From NCBI GenBank assembly GCA_021161775.1, contig JAGGZY010000003.1:1-56568 (forward strand): a DNA stretch of 56,568 nucleotides. The letters are read 5' to 3'. Numbering within the stretch: the first letter of the stretch is position 1; every line of letters starts with the position of its first letter. Positions 1-8,479 of this stretch are shown here, in pieces. Origin of the DNA: Dehalococcoidales bacterium. GTDB lineage: Bacteria > Chloroflexota > Dehalococcoidia > Dehalococcoidales > UBA5760. Position numbers and translations under genes: made by a program. The notes beneath the pieces are model-generated. The model saw only the letters and a list, made by a program, of their open reading frames with translations, was not told the DNA's origin and searched no databases.

Positions 1-330
1 AAGCACTGCCTCAATTAGCTCTACTGAATAGGTGTGCTGTCTTAAATGCCGTAGTCGGCGAGAACGCTCCTCTAGGCTTTCTAGCCGGTGAGGGTTATAG
101 CGTTTCTTCCAACGATAAAAGGTCTGGGGGCTGATGTCAAAGTGACAGCAGGCAAGCCGAGCATTGTAATTATGGGAGTTATAGTAATCAAACCACTTTA
201 GTCTTTGCCTGGCTTTCTTTGATAGCCCAACCTGAAGCTTGGTCAGGCGAGAAGCTCCAGGGATTACTCCACTTATTATCCTCATAGTAACACTATTATA
301 GCGTCACTAATCTATCTGAACGAAATCATA
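1..330 (-). mobile_element. IS481-family-like insertion sequence, 5-prime end only. The transposase N-terminus (285..1) runs off the window and the terminal inverted repeat lies at about 301..330.
   Basis: A reverse-strand ATG at 285..283 opens a stop-free 95-codon frame to the window edge: MRIISGVIPGASRLTKLQVGLSKKARQRLKWFDYYNSHNYNARLACCHFDISPQTFYRWKKRYNPHRLESLEERSRRLRHLRQHTYSVELIEAVL. This is the HTH N-terminus typical of IS481/IS3-type DDE transposases. It is absent from the ORF track because it is truncated. Confidence 0.75.
301..330. repeat. Terminal inverted repeat of the left IS copy
   Basis: gcgtcactaatctatctgaacgaaatcata matches the reverse complement of 56439..56468 (gtgtcactaatcatatgaacgagtacatac). 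By hand alignment, 24 of 29 positions are identical with one 1-nt gap. Confidence 0.6.
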
Positions 331-404
331 GCCCGTCAACACCTTGTCAACAGCTTAATTTCAAAGACTCACTAACAGATTAACATGCACAATACACCAC
401 ACCA

Positions 405-626
405 TCACTCCCCTCGAGAGATAATTCTGGTTACCCGACGCTCAAAGACACTGCGGGAGAGAAAAACCCGATGGTGGCACTTAAGACATCGGATACCGAT
501 ATCTGCCCCCACCCTCACCACCTGCCACTGGTAACTGCCACAGGGATGTTGCTCCTTGAGGCGAACTACATCGCCTAGCCTTATCTCCATAACCATATTT
601 ACTTCGCGATTATACCTATTCTTCAA
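405..626 (-). CDS. DUF951-family small protein
   Basis: The segment GDVVRLKEQHPCGSYQWQVVRVGADIGIRCLKCHHRVFLSRSVFERRV matches the conserved DUF951 pattern (KxPHPCGsxxWxixRvGaDixlkCxxCxhxvxlxRsxFek). The true start is probably an internal Met (MEIRLGD). Confidence 0.7.
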   Translation of the reverse strand: MKNRYNREVNMVMEIRLGDVVRLKEQHPCGSYQWQVVRVGADIGIRCLKCHHRVFLSRSVFERRVTRIISRGE

Positions 627-629
627 CAG

Positions 630-1433
630 CTAGGGCAGATAGGAATTAATCTGGTCACGCAAAGCTAACGCTGCCTGTCGTGCCGCCGGAGCAAAATCCC
701 TCTCTGATGAGGCATATATAATCTGCCGTGATGAGCTAATAATTGTCTTCTCCCCACCAGCGTCAACCCCATAGCGGACGGCTAAGGACAGGTCTCCCCC
801 CTGAGCCCCAATACCTGGAATCAGGATTAGCATCCCAGGGTAAACCTGCCGAATAAGCCTCAGTTCCTCAGGGTAGGTCGCCCCCACCACCAGCCCAACA
901 TTACCCTGGGTATTCCACTGATTGGCTTTTTGGGCTACCTCTTCAAACAGGGGCTGAGAGCCAGACTCCGTCTGACAGCGTAGTGACTGAAAATCCTCGG
1001 CCCCCTTATTTGAAGTTCGGCAGAGGACAAACACCCCCCGGTCGGTATAGCTAGTAAATGGAGCTACCGAATCGAAGCCAAGGTAAGGGCTAACTGTGGT
1101 AGCATCACAGTTAAGCCGAGTAAAGATAGTCCTAGCATAGGCTTTCGCCGTATTCCCAATATCGCCCCGCTTGGCATCACCAATTACCGGAATATTGTCA
1201 GGGATATATTCAATCGTATCCTTAAGGATATTAAACCCGCTATCCAGGGCTTCATAGAAGGCAAAATTAGGTTTATAGGCACAGACTAAATCGGAGGTAG
1301 CCTCAATGATTGCCCGATTAAACTCCAGAACACCCAAATCCCGAGGCATACGCTCCGGGTCAGGATCAAGCCCTACGCAGAGCCGACTGTTATTCCTACG
1401 AACGGCACCAGTTAGCTTTTGATTAAAATTCAT
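630..1433 (-). CDS. pyrF: Orotidine 5-prime-phosphate decarboxylase (type 2)
   Basis: Contains LCVGLDPDPERMP, KPNFAFYEA and DAKRGDIGNTA motifs. A GGGGAG Shine-Dalgarno lies upstream of the ATG. Confidence 0.9.
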   Translation of the reverse strand: MNFNQKLTGAVRRNNSRLCVGLDPDPERMPRDLGVLEFNRAIIEATSDLVCAYKPNFAFYEALDSGFNILKDTIEYIPDNIPVIGDAKRGDIGNTAKAYARTIFTRLNCDATTVSPYLGFDSVAPFTSYTDRGVFVLCRTSNKGAEDFQSLRCQTESGSQPLFEEVAQKANQWNTQGNVGLVVGATYPEELRLIRQVYPGMLILIPGIGAQGGDLSLAVRYGVDAGGEKTIISSSRQIIYASSERDFAPAARQAALALRDQINSYLP

Positions 1434-1492
1434 CTCCCCTTAACTAGATTATCAGTCGCCACAGGTAGCGTCAAGTGCTAGAATAGTTATTA

Positions 1493-2803
1493 ATGAAATA
1501 TCTAGAGGCATTAGACTATATATTCAGCTATCCCGATTACGAAAAGGCACTGGTTCCTCATAAGCTAGCTTATTATGACCTGAGGCGGGTTGAGGAGCTA
1601 CTGGCTCGGTTAGGTAATCCCCACCGGAAAGCCAACGCCGTCCATATCGCCGGGACTAACGGCAAGGGCAGTATTGCCGCGATGATTGCCTCAGCACTTA
1701 CCGCCGCCGGCTACATCACCGGACTTTATACCTCCCCCCATCTTAATACTATTCGGGAACGTTTTCGGGTTGACGGGAAGCTAATTACTGAAGACGAGTT
1801 TACCATTATCGTAGGTCAGCTTAAGCCTGAGGTAGACATCGTAAACCAGCAAGCCAACTATGGGAAACTGACTACCTTTGAATTGCTCACCGCCTTAGCC
1901 TTCAGCTACTTTGCCCTGAAAGGAGCTAATTTTCAGGTGCTGGAGGTAGGGATGGGAGGCAGATTTGATGCTACCAATGTAATCCAGCCTGAGGTCAGCG
2001 TGGTTAGTTCCATCAGCCTTGACCATACTCAGGTATTAGGTAGTTCGGTGGCTCAAATTGCCGCCGAGAAGGCTGGCATTATTAAACCCCAGACTACGGT
2101 GGTGATTTCTCCCCAACCCAACGAGGCTACCCGAATAATCAAGAAAGCCTGTCTCCAGCAGAAGGTAAGGCTAATCGAGGTCGGTAAGGATATTACCTAT
2201 CAGGGCATTCATTTTGACTACCGAAAACAGTTACTACGGGTTAATGGTAGGCTGAGCAGTTATGAGCTAACCATTCCCCTGCTCGGTGACCACCAGCTGG
2301 AGAATGCGGCTACTGCCGTAGCCAGCCTGGAGGTATTAGCCGATCGAGGATTTAATATCTCCCGAGATAACATCACTGATGGCTTAGCCAGAGTAAACTG
2401 GCCAGGTCGGTTTCAAATCCTCCACGAGCACCCTCTACTGGTCGTTGACGGCGCTCATAACCCCGATTCGGCCGCTAAGTTAACCCAGGCAATAACTCAA
2501 TACCTTGACTTCAAGCGAGCTACCCTGATTATCGGGGTATCTATTGACAAGGATATAAATAGCATCGCCTCAGTACTACTACCTCGGTTTGATGAGGTCA
2601 TTGTGACTCGCTCCCGCCACCCCCGGGCGGTAGCACCCCACCAACTTGCCGATAGCTTTGCACAATACGGAATAAAAACCCGCTTGACGAAAACTACCAG
2701 CGAAGCCCTATCCCTAGCACTGAGCCTGGCTAGAGAGTCAGACCTTATTTGCGTTACCGGCTCCCTGTTCGTAGTTGCTGAGGTAATGGAGGCAGTAACC
2801 TGA
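1493..2803 (+). CDS. folC: Bifunctional folylpolyglutamate synthase / dihydrofolate synthase
   Basis: Has the Mur-ligase-type P-loop HIAGTNGKGS, then SPHL, EVGMGGRFDATN and VVDGAHNP. Confidence 0.9.
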   Translation: MKYLEALDYIFSYPDYEKALVPHKLAYYDLRRVEELLARLGNPHRKANAVHIAGTNGKGSIAAMIASALTAAGYITGLYTSPHLNTIRERFRVDGKLITEDEFTIIVGQLKPEVDIVNQQANYGKLTTFELLTALAFSYFALKGANFQVLEVGMGGRFDATNVIQPEVSVVSSISLDHTQVLGSSVAQIAAEKAGIIKPQTTVVISPQPNEATRIIKKACLQQKVRLIEVGKDITYQGIHFDYRKQLLRVNGRLSSYELTIPLLGDHQLENAATAVASLEVLADRGFNISRDNITDGLARVNWPGRFQILHEHPLLVVDGAHNPDSAAKLTQAITQYLDFKRATLIIGVSIDKDINSIASVLLPRFDEVIVTRSRHPRAVAPHQLADSFAQYGIKTRLTKTTSEALSLALSLARESDLICVTGSLFVVAEVMEAVT

Positions 2804-2818
2804 GAGCTTTATATCAAC

Positions 2819-3082
2819 CTAGCCTACAGAGACACCTTTGTCGGTTAGTGCCTCCTTAGGCAACATACCATCCAGAATTCTCTCTAGTGCCATAGTATGA
2901 CTGCAAGTCCCCCATTTGGAAAAGAAGTTGCAGGAGCAATGCCATTTTCCATCTTTATACTCGGTGATGTAATTATCGTTCTCTCCCCGGAATTCTACCG
3001 ACAGACTGGAAAAGGTAACCCGGCCAGGTTCCTGAGCATAGCGCTTAGCTTTCTCAATCTTCCCAATCAAACTCGATTGCAC
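2819..3082 (-). CDS. SWIM zinc-finger domain protein
   Basis: Shows the CxC-x(n)-CxH SWIM signature (WHCSCNFFSKWGTCSHTMA). It has a GTG start preceded by a perfect AAGGAGG. Confidence 0.7.
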   Translation of the reverse strand: MQSSLIGKIEKAKRYAQEPGRVTFSSLSVEFRGENDNYITEYKDGKWHCSCNFFSKWGTCSHTMALERILDGMLPKEALTDKGVSVG

Positions 3083-3095
3083 AACTACACCTCCT

Positions 3096-3133
3096 TAAAA
3101 TTAAAAGGCACTGAACAATTCTAATTCAGTGCT
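3096..3133 (-). terminator. Rho-independent terminator-like hairpin with U-run, directly 5-prime of the SWIM gene ribosome-binding site
   Basis: On the minus strand, gcactgaa (complement of 3125..3132) and ttcagtgc (complement of 3108..3115) form an 8-bp stem. It is followed by cttttaatttt and then AAGGAGG-N7-GTG. No upstream minus-strand gene is available for it to terminate. Confidence 0.5.
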
Positions 3134-3337
3134 CCTTCTACCCGATTAATATAAATTAAATCTAAACGCATCCCTACCTCTCTGCTCTACTCTCTTATTT
3201 TACCCCCCCCTCGATGATAAGTCTAGGGAAAACTGAGTCAATTACCGCTCTTAACATCGACTAGCAACTCAGCTAACTTGCCTTAAAATGGCTATTTACT
3301 GTAGAATATTAGCGAATATTATCTTGAGGTGAGCTAA

Positions 3338-3544
3338 GTGCCTATCTACGAATATGAATGTGAGCATTGTAAATTCCATTTTGAAAAAAAACAGAGGTTC
3401 AGTGCTAAACCAATAGCAATATGTCCCAAATGTCAGGGGAAAGCCCAACGTATTATTCATCCCAGTACGGTTATCTTTAAAGGAAGCGGCTTCTATGTTA
3501 CCGACAGTCGTAAAGGTAAGACTACCAAGAAGGCAATAAAGTAA
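3338..3544 (+). CDS. FmdB-family zinc-ribbon protein (CxxC_CxxC_SSSS type)
   Basis: Has the hallmark MPIYEYECEHCKFHFE ... CPKCQG N-terminus and a GTG start with GAGGTGAG upstream. Confidence 0.85.
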   Translation: MPIYEYECEHCKFHFEKKQRFSAKPIAICPKCQGKAQRIIHPSTVIFKGSGFYVTDSRKGKTTKKAIK

Positions 3545-3572
3545 CTTAATAGAAAATTGAAGGGAAGTCAGG

Positions 3573-4037
3573 GTGAAAGCGCTGCTGCAGCGGGTTAGCC
3601 GAGCCTCAGTCAGCATTAATGGTGGGGTGGTGGGTAGTATTGCTCGAGGACTGGTAATTCTGGTGGGCATCGCCAGCGATGATACTGAAGCCGATGCGCA
3701 ATATCTGGTAAGGAAAATCGCCGAGCTACGCATCTTTAGTAACGATACCAGCAAGCTTAACCTCTCGGTACAGGATATTAATGGTGAGCTACTGGTAGTA
3801 AGTCAGTTTACCTTGATGGCTAATACCCAAAAGGGCCGTCGCCCCAGTTTTAGCGAGGCGGCACCGCCAGCTCAGGCAAAAGCCCTATTTGAACATTTCG
3901 TTGAGCAGGCAGGCGCTACCGGCCTCAGGGTAGCTACGGGATGCTTCCAGCAACATATGCAGGTCGAGATTCATAATGATGGACCAGTAACGATACTGCT
4001 CGACAGCCGACATAAATCTCCCTTCCTACAAGGATAA
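3573..4037 (+). CDS. dtd: D-aminoacyl-tRNA deacylase
   Basis: Contains MKALLQRVSRASV, SQFTL, KGRRPSF and IHNDGPVTILLDS motifs. Confidence 0.92.
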   Translation: MKALLQRVSRASVSINGGVVGSIARGLVILVGIASDDTEADAQYLVRKIAELRIFSNDTSKLNLSVQDINGELLVVSQFTLMANTQKGRRPSFSEAAPPAQAKALFEHFVEQAGATGLRVATGCFQQHMQVEIHNDGPVTILLDSRHKSPFLQG

Positions 4038-4070
4038 TTAGTTACCCCAACAAAAAAGGAGACTTTATCT

Positions 4071-4922
4071 ATGAAGAAGAAAGCAGTAGCCGCTATTGCT
4101 ATTATGCTGGTAATCGCTACTGGTCTGATTGGCGGTTGCCAGGGAACTAGCCAATCAACGCTCAATGTGGTTACCACCACCTCCCTGATAGCCCAGATAG
4201 TAGAGAGGGTGGGGGGCGACAGAATTGATGTAGCCAATATTATCCCACCCGCTCAGTGCCCGGGGCATTTTGATGTCAAGCCGAGTGACATTCAACACCT
4301 AGCCAATGCTGACCTTTTCCTCCTTCACGGCTGGCAGGGGGAGAAGTTTTCGCAACAGCTAATCGACTCAGCTAATAATCCCAATCTGACCGTGGTTAGT
4401 CTTGATATTCAAACCACCGGAAACCAAAACTGGATGGTACCGACGGTTCAGATAGAAGCCACTGATAAAATAACCACTGCTCTGTGTCAGGTAGACAGCG
4501 AAAACAGTGTTTCCTACCAGCAGTCAGCTACCGAATACAAGGCTAAGATTTCAGCCAAGGAAGCAGAGATAAGGGCGAAGCTTAACCAGGTTAACCCCGC
4601 AGGGATAAATGTTATGTGTGCCGAAATGCAGGCTGGGTTTGTCCGCTGGGCTGGATTTAATGTGGTTGCTACCTATGGACGACCCGATTCACTTACTCCC
4701 CAAGTAGTAAAAGGGCTGGTGGACACCGGCAGAGAAACAGGGGTAACCCTGATTATCGATAACCTGCAGAGTGGCAAGGATGCAGGAAGGTCAGTAGCTG
4801 AGGAACTCGGTTGCCAGCGACTAATACTTTCCAACTTCCCCGGTGGTTTTGATAACACCGAGACCTGGGAAAAAGCCATTGACTACAATGTTGAAATGAT
4901 ACTGGAGGCAGTAGCTGAGTAA
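4071..4922 (+). CDS. Metal (Zn/Mn-type, cluster A-I) ABC transporter substrate-binding lipoprotein
   Basis: Has a signal peptide with lipobox LIGGC and a ZnuA/TroA-like layout. It lies immediately upstream of a ZnuC-like ATPase and an ABC-3 permease. Confidence 0.7.
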   Translation: MKKKAVAAIAIMLVIATGLIGGCQGTSQSTLNVVTTTSLIAQIVERVGGDRIDVANIIPPAQCPGHFDVKPSDIQHLANADLFLLHGWQGEKFSQQLIDSANNPNLTVVSLDIQTTGNQNWMVPTVQIEATDKITTALCQVDSENSVSYQQSATEYKAKISAKEAEIRAKLNQVNPAGINVMCAEMQAGFVRWAGFNVVATYGRPDSLTPQVVKGLVDTGRETGVTLIIDNLQSGKDAGRSVAEELGCQRLILSNFPGGFDNTETWEKAIDYNVEMILEAVAE

Positions 4923-4956
4923 CCATATACTAGAGTGGAAAACGAAAGACAATGGG

Positions 4957-5733
4957 ATGAATCATACTGTCATTGATATTGAGGATGCGGTAGTTTCCTA
5001 CCGAGAGGATGTTGCCCTCCGCGGGGTATCCCTCAGGGTAGCCTCCGGGGAGTTTATCGGCATCGTGGGACCTAATGGAGCCGGCAAGACAACACTACTT
5101 ACCATCATCAATGACTTAGGTAAACTGCTCAGTGGGAAGGTATGGGTATTAGGCAATTATGTCACCAAGACTAACCGCCACTCCTTAAGGAAACAGATTG
5201 GTTATGTTGCCCAACTCCAGAATATCGACCCCAAGATGCCAATGAACGTTCGTGAGGTAGCAATGCTAGGCCGCTATGGGCTTTTAGGACTACTGCGAAG
5301 ACCCGGGAGGCACGACTGGAAGATAGTAGATGATGTCCTGGAGCTAGTAGGCATGACCCACCTTGCCCAACGTCCCATTGGACACCTGTCCGGCGGGGAA
5401 CAACAACGGGTCGCCATTGCTCGCTGCCTGGCTCAAGAACCGAAACTGTTTCTCCTCGACGAGCCTACTGCCTCCCTGGATTGGAAAGCCAAAACCGATA
5501 TTATAGAACTGATAAAGTTGATTCACAATTCACGACACCTGACTACCCTGCTGGTAACCCATGAACTCAGCGCTCTGCCTGTTGCCTGTGACCGAATAGT
5601 ATTGATGAAAGACGGGCTTATCTGGGGTAATGGTTCTCCTGAGAAGGTACTTACTGATGAAAACCTTAGCCAGCTATATGATATTCCTATCCCGGTAGTT
5701 AAGGCGAGAAGGCAGGAATCCACTCCCACCTAG
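4957..5733 (+). CDS. Metal ABC transporter ATP-binding protein
   Basis: Has Walker A GPNGAGKTT, signature LSGGEQQR and Walker B LFLLDEP. Confidence 0.88.
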   Translation: MNHTVIDIEDAVVSYREDVALRGVSLRVASGEFIGIVGPNGAGKTTLLTIINDLGKLLSGKVWVLGNYVTKTNRHSLRKQIGYVAQLQNIDPKMPMNVREVAMLGRYGLLGLLRRPGRHDWKIVDDVLELVGMTHLAQRPIGHLSGGEQQRVAIARCLAQEPKLFLLDEPTASLDWKAKTDIIELIKLIHNSRHLTTLLVTHELSALPVACDRIVLMKDGLIWGNGSPEKVLTDENLSQLYDIPIPVVKARRQESTPT

Positions 5734-5750
5734 GATTAAGGAGTCAAGAT

Positions 5751-6593
5751 TTGGATTTATCCATCTTGGGCTACCAATTTATGCAGAATGCCATCCTCTC
5801 TGCCTTTCTCGGTGGCATTGCCTGCGGTACTATAGGCGTTTTTGTGGTGCTGATGGGCATGCCCTTTATTGGCGTATGTATGTCACACGCTGCCTTTGCT
5901 GGAGCCCTGCTTGGCTTATGGTTGGGATTTAACCCACTACTCGGTGCCTTTGTCGCTTGCCTTATAGCAGCCGCTATTATCGGCCCCCTTGCTGACCGTG
6001 GTGAGCTTAGCCCCACCACCTCAGTAGGGGTTATCTTTTCTCTTATGTTAGGGCTTGCCTTTCTCTTCATGGGGCTGATGCCAGGTAGTAAGTCAGGAGC
6101 CCTTGAATTACTATGGGGAAGTATCCTCACCAATACCAGAAGCGAAGTTATACTACTGGGAATAGTAGCTGCCGTAGTAGTCGGTCTGGTTATTGCCTTT
6201 TATAAGGAGTTTCAAGCCACTATTTTTAATCGTGATATGGCGCTGGCAGTTGGTATCCCGGCGACAGCTATTTTCTACGGCATCCTGTTTCTGACCGGAG
6301 CCACCATAACGGTATCACTCCGCCCCATTGGCGGGCTACTCATCTTCAGCCTGATTTTAAACCCGGCGGCGGCTGCCTACCAGCTTACCTATAATATGAA
6401 GCGGATGTTCTTCCTTTCCGCCGGCTTTGGTGTCCTTTCGGGATGGATAGGACTGATGCTCTCCTACCTGTTTAATATTCCCAGTGGTGCCACTATTGTC
6501 ATTACCTCATCAGTAATCTTTGCCATTGCTACCTTCTTTTCACCCAAGCGAAAGGTGAAGCGATGGCAAAAGGCTGCCTCTAGATTCAACTAA
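5751..6593 (+). CDS. Metal ABC transporter permease (ABC-3 family)
   Basis: A polytopic hydrophobic protein in a ZnuB/TroC-like operon position. TTG start. Confidence 0.8.
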   Translation: MDLSILGYQFMQNAILSAFLGGIACGTIGVFVVLMGMPFIGVCMSHAAFAGALLGLWLGFNPLLGAFVACLIAAAIIGPLADRGELSPTTSVGVIFSLMLGLAFLFMGLMPGSKSGALELLWGSILTNTRSEVILLGIVAAVVVGLVIAFYKEFQATIFNRDMALAVGIPATAIFYGILFLTGATITVSLRPIGGLLIFSLILNPAAAAYQLTYNMKRMFFLSAGFGVLSGWIGLMLSYLFNIPSGATIVITSSVIFAIATFFSPKRKVKRWQKAASRFN

Positions 6594-7459
6594 TCCAGCC
6601 TAAAGGTCTCTGGCTCAAATTCAAGGCTGATATCCAGAGCCCTTGGAGAATGGGTAAGCGCCCCGACAGAGATAATATCCACTTCAGTCTGAGCCACATC
6701 GCGAACATTATTTAAGGTGATGCCCCCTGAGGCTTCGGTCTTAATATAACTGGGGATTAGCTTTACCGCCCGACGCATCTCATCAACTGACATATTGTCC
6801 AGCAGGATAACATCCACCCCACCCTGAGCCACCACCGCTGCTTCCTCAACTGTGGTTACCTCAACCTCCACCGTCATTCCTTGAGGCGCCTGCTGTTTAG
6901 CCTTAATCACAATGTCCTTCAGGCTCATACCCAGAGAATATAACACCGTGAGATGGTTATCCTTAATCAGAATGCCGTCACCGAGGTGAAACCGATGATT
7001 ATTTCCCCCACCAACCCGCACGGCATACTTTTCCAACTGTCTTAGCCCAGGAGTAGTTTTACGGGTATCGGTAATCTTCGCTTTAAACCCCTCGGCAGCA
7101 GCTACATATTGCGCCGTAGATGAAGCAATCCCGCTTAGCCGCTGCAGGAAATTAAGCGCTATCCGCTCTGCCTTAAGAATACTCGTTACCCTGCCTGAAA
7201 TAATGGCGATAGTATCCCCGCTTTGAATTTTAGTCCCGTCTTTTACAAGCAATTCAACCTTAAGCGATGAGTCAATCCTGAGGAAAACCTTCTTAACTAC
7301 CTCCCCACCAGCCAGTACCCCCTCTGCTTTAACCAATATGGATGCCTTCCCCTCAAGCCCCGGGGGAATCAGCAGCTGGCTAGTAATATCACCCTGGCTT
7401 ACATCCTCTGCCAAGGCAAGGTCAATAATATTATCAAGTGTCTTATAAAGCTCTTCCAT
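6590..7459 (-). CDS. nadC: Nicotinate-nucleotide pyrophosphorylase (carboxylating)
   Basis: Contains TRKTTPGLR, EKYAVRVGGGNNHR and LIKDNH motifs. Confidence 0.92.
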   Translation of the reverse strand: MEELYKTLDNIIDLALAEDVSQGDITSQLLIPPGLEGKASILVKAEGVLAGGEVVKKVFLRIDSSLKVELLVKDGTKIQSGDTIAIISGRVTSILKAERIALNFLQRLSGIASSTAQYVAAAEGFKAKITDTRKTTPGLRQLEKYAVRVGGGNNHRFHLGDGILIKDNHLTVLYSLGMSLKDIVIKAKQQAPQGMTVEVEVTTVEEAAVVAQGGVDVILLDNMSVDEMRRAVKLIPSYIKTEASGGITLNNVRDVAQTEVDIISVGALTHSPRALDISLEFEPETFRLD

Positions 7460-7558
7460 AACTAGCCTCTTACAATATTTTGCCTATCGGCGAGGTTATT
7501 TATCAAAGGTTGATTGAAGGAGAGAGGGACAAAGGAAGTGAGGTAGATAAATAAACCT

Positions 7559-8479
7559 CTAAGTAACCGCCAGCATTCGTTCCACCGCCCGTTTGGCCCC
7601 TAATCTTATATCTTCAGGAATAGTTATTATATTTCGTTTTAGTTCCATTGTTCTAGCGACTGTCTCCAGGGTAGTTTTCTTCATATCGTCACATATCTGA
7701 CTGCCCGACAATAGATAAAAGGACTTATCCGGATTCTGCCGGCGTAGGCTATGAAGCAGTCCCTCTTCAGTAACGATAACAAAGCTCTGATGAGGACTTG
7801 CCTTCACATAGCGCAGCATCTGAGAGGTGCTAAGGGCAGCATCCGCCAGGGCAATAACCCCCGGTTGACACTCAGGGTGAACCAATACCTCGGCCTCAGG
7901 ATGAAGTCTTCTTGCCATCTCTATCTGCTCTGGTTTAATGCGATGATGAACATAACAGAACCCGGGGTAAAGGATTACATGCTTTTTAGTTTGCGTTGAG
8001 ACATAATGGCCCAGGTTCTGGTCGGGAACAAAGAGTATCTCATCATTGGGCAGCGACTCTACTATCTGGAGACCGTTAGCCGAGGTACAGCAGATATCAC
8101 TTTCCGCCTTGACCTCAGCTAATGAATTAACATAACAAACCACCGCCGCATCAGGGTAGCGTCGCTTCCACTCCCTTAACTCGTCGGCGGTGAGCATATC
8201 TGCCATCGGACAGCCAGCATCAGCCTCACTCAGTAGAACAGTCCGCTCAGGATTAAGGATAGCCGCCGTTTCCGCCATAAACCGCACCCCACAGAAAACA
8301 ACCACCTGGCTATCTAGCTGAGTACAACGCCGAGCCAGCTCCAGGGAATCACCGGTAATATCAGCGATATCCTGAACCTCGGGACGCTGGTAGTTATGTG
8401 CCACCACAACTGCTCCAAGCTCACGCTTCAGCCTGGCTATCCTCTGTCTGAGATTCTCGATATCAGTCATTTCTGCCAC
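7559..8479 (-). CDS. nadA: Quinolinate synthase
   Basis: Contains VVAHNYQ, FCGVRFMAETA, AGCPMA and HPEC motifs. The GTG start shares one nucleotide with the stop of the upstream gene. Confidence 0.92.
   Translation of the reverse strand: MAEMTDIENLRQRIARLKRELGAVVVAHNYQRPEVQDIADITGDSLELARRCTQLDSQVVVFCGVRFMAETAAILNPERTVLLSEADAGCPMADMLTADELREWKRRYPDAAVVCYVNSLAEVKAESDICCTSANGLQIVESLPNDEILFVPDQNLGHYVSTQTKKHVILYPGFCYVHHRIKPEQIEMARRLHPEAEVLVHPECQPGVIALADAALSTSQMLRYVKASPHQSFVIVTEEGLLHSLRRQNPDKSFYLLSGSQICDDMKKTTLETVARTMELKRNIITIPEDIRLGAKRAVERMLAVT

Noticed and set aside
3296-3754. 152-aa minus-strand ORF
   Set aside because: It is antisense to two well-supported plus-strand genes (FmdB-type zinc ribbon and dtd). 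It has low-complexity Ser/Leu/Thr-rich composition, no ribosome-binding site and no recognisable motif.
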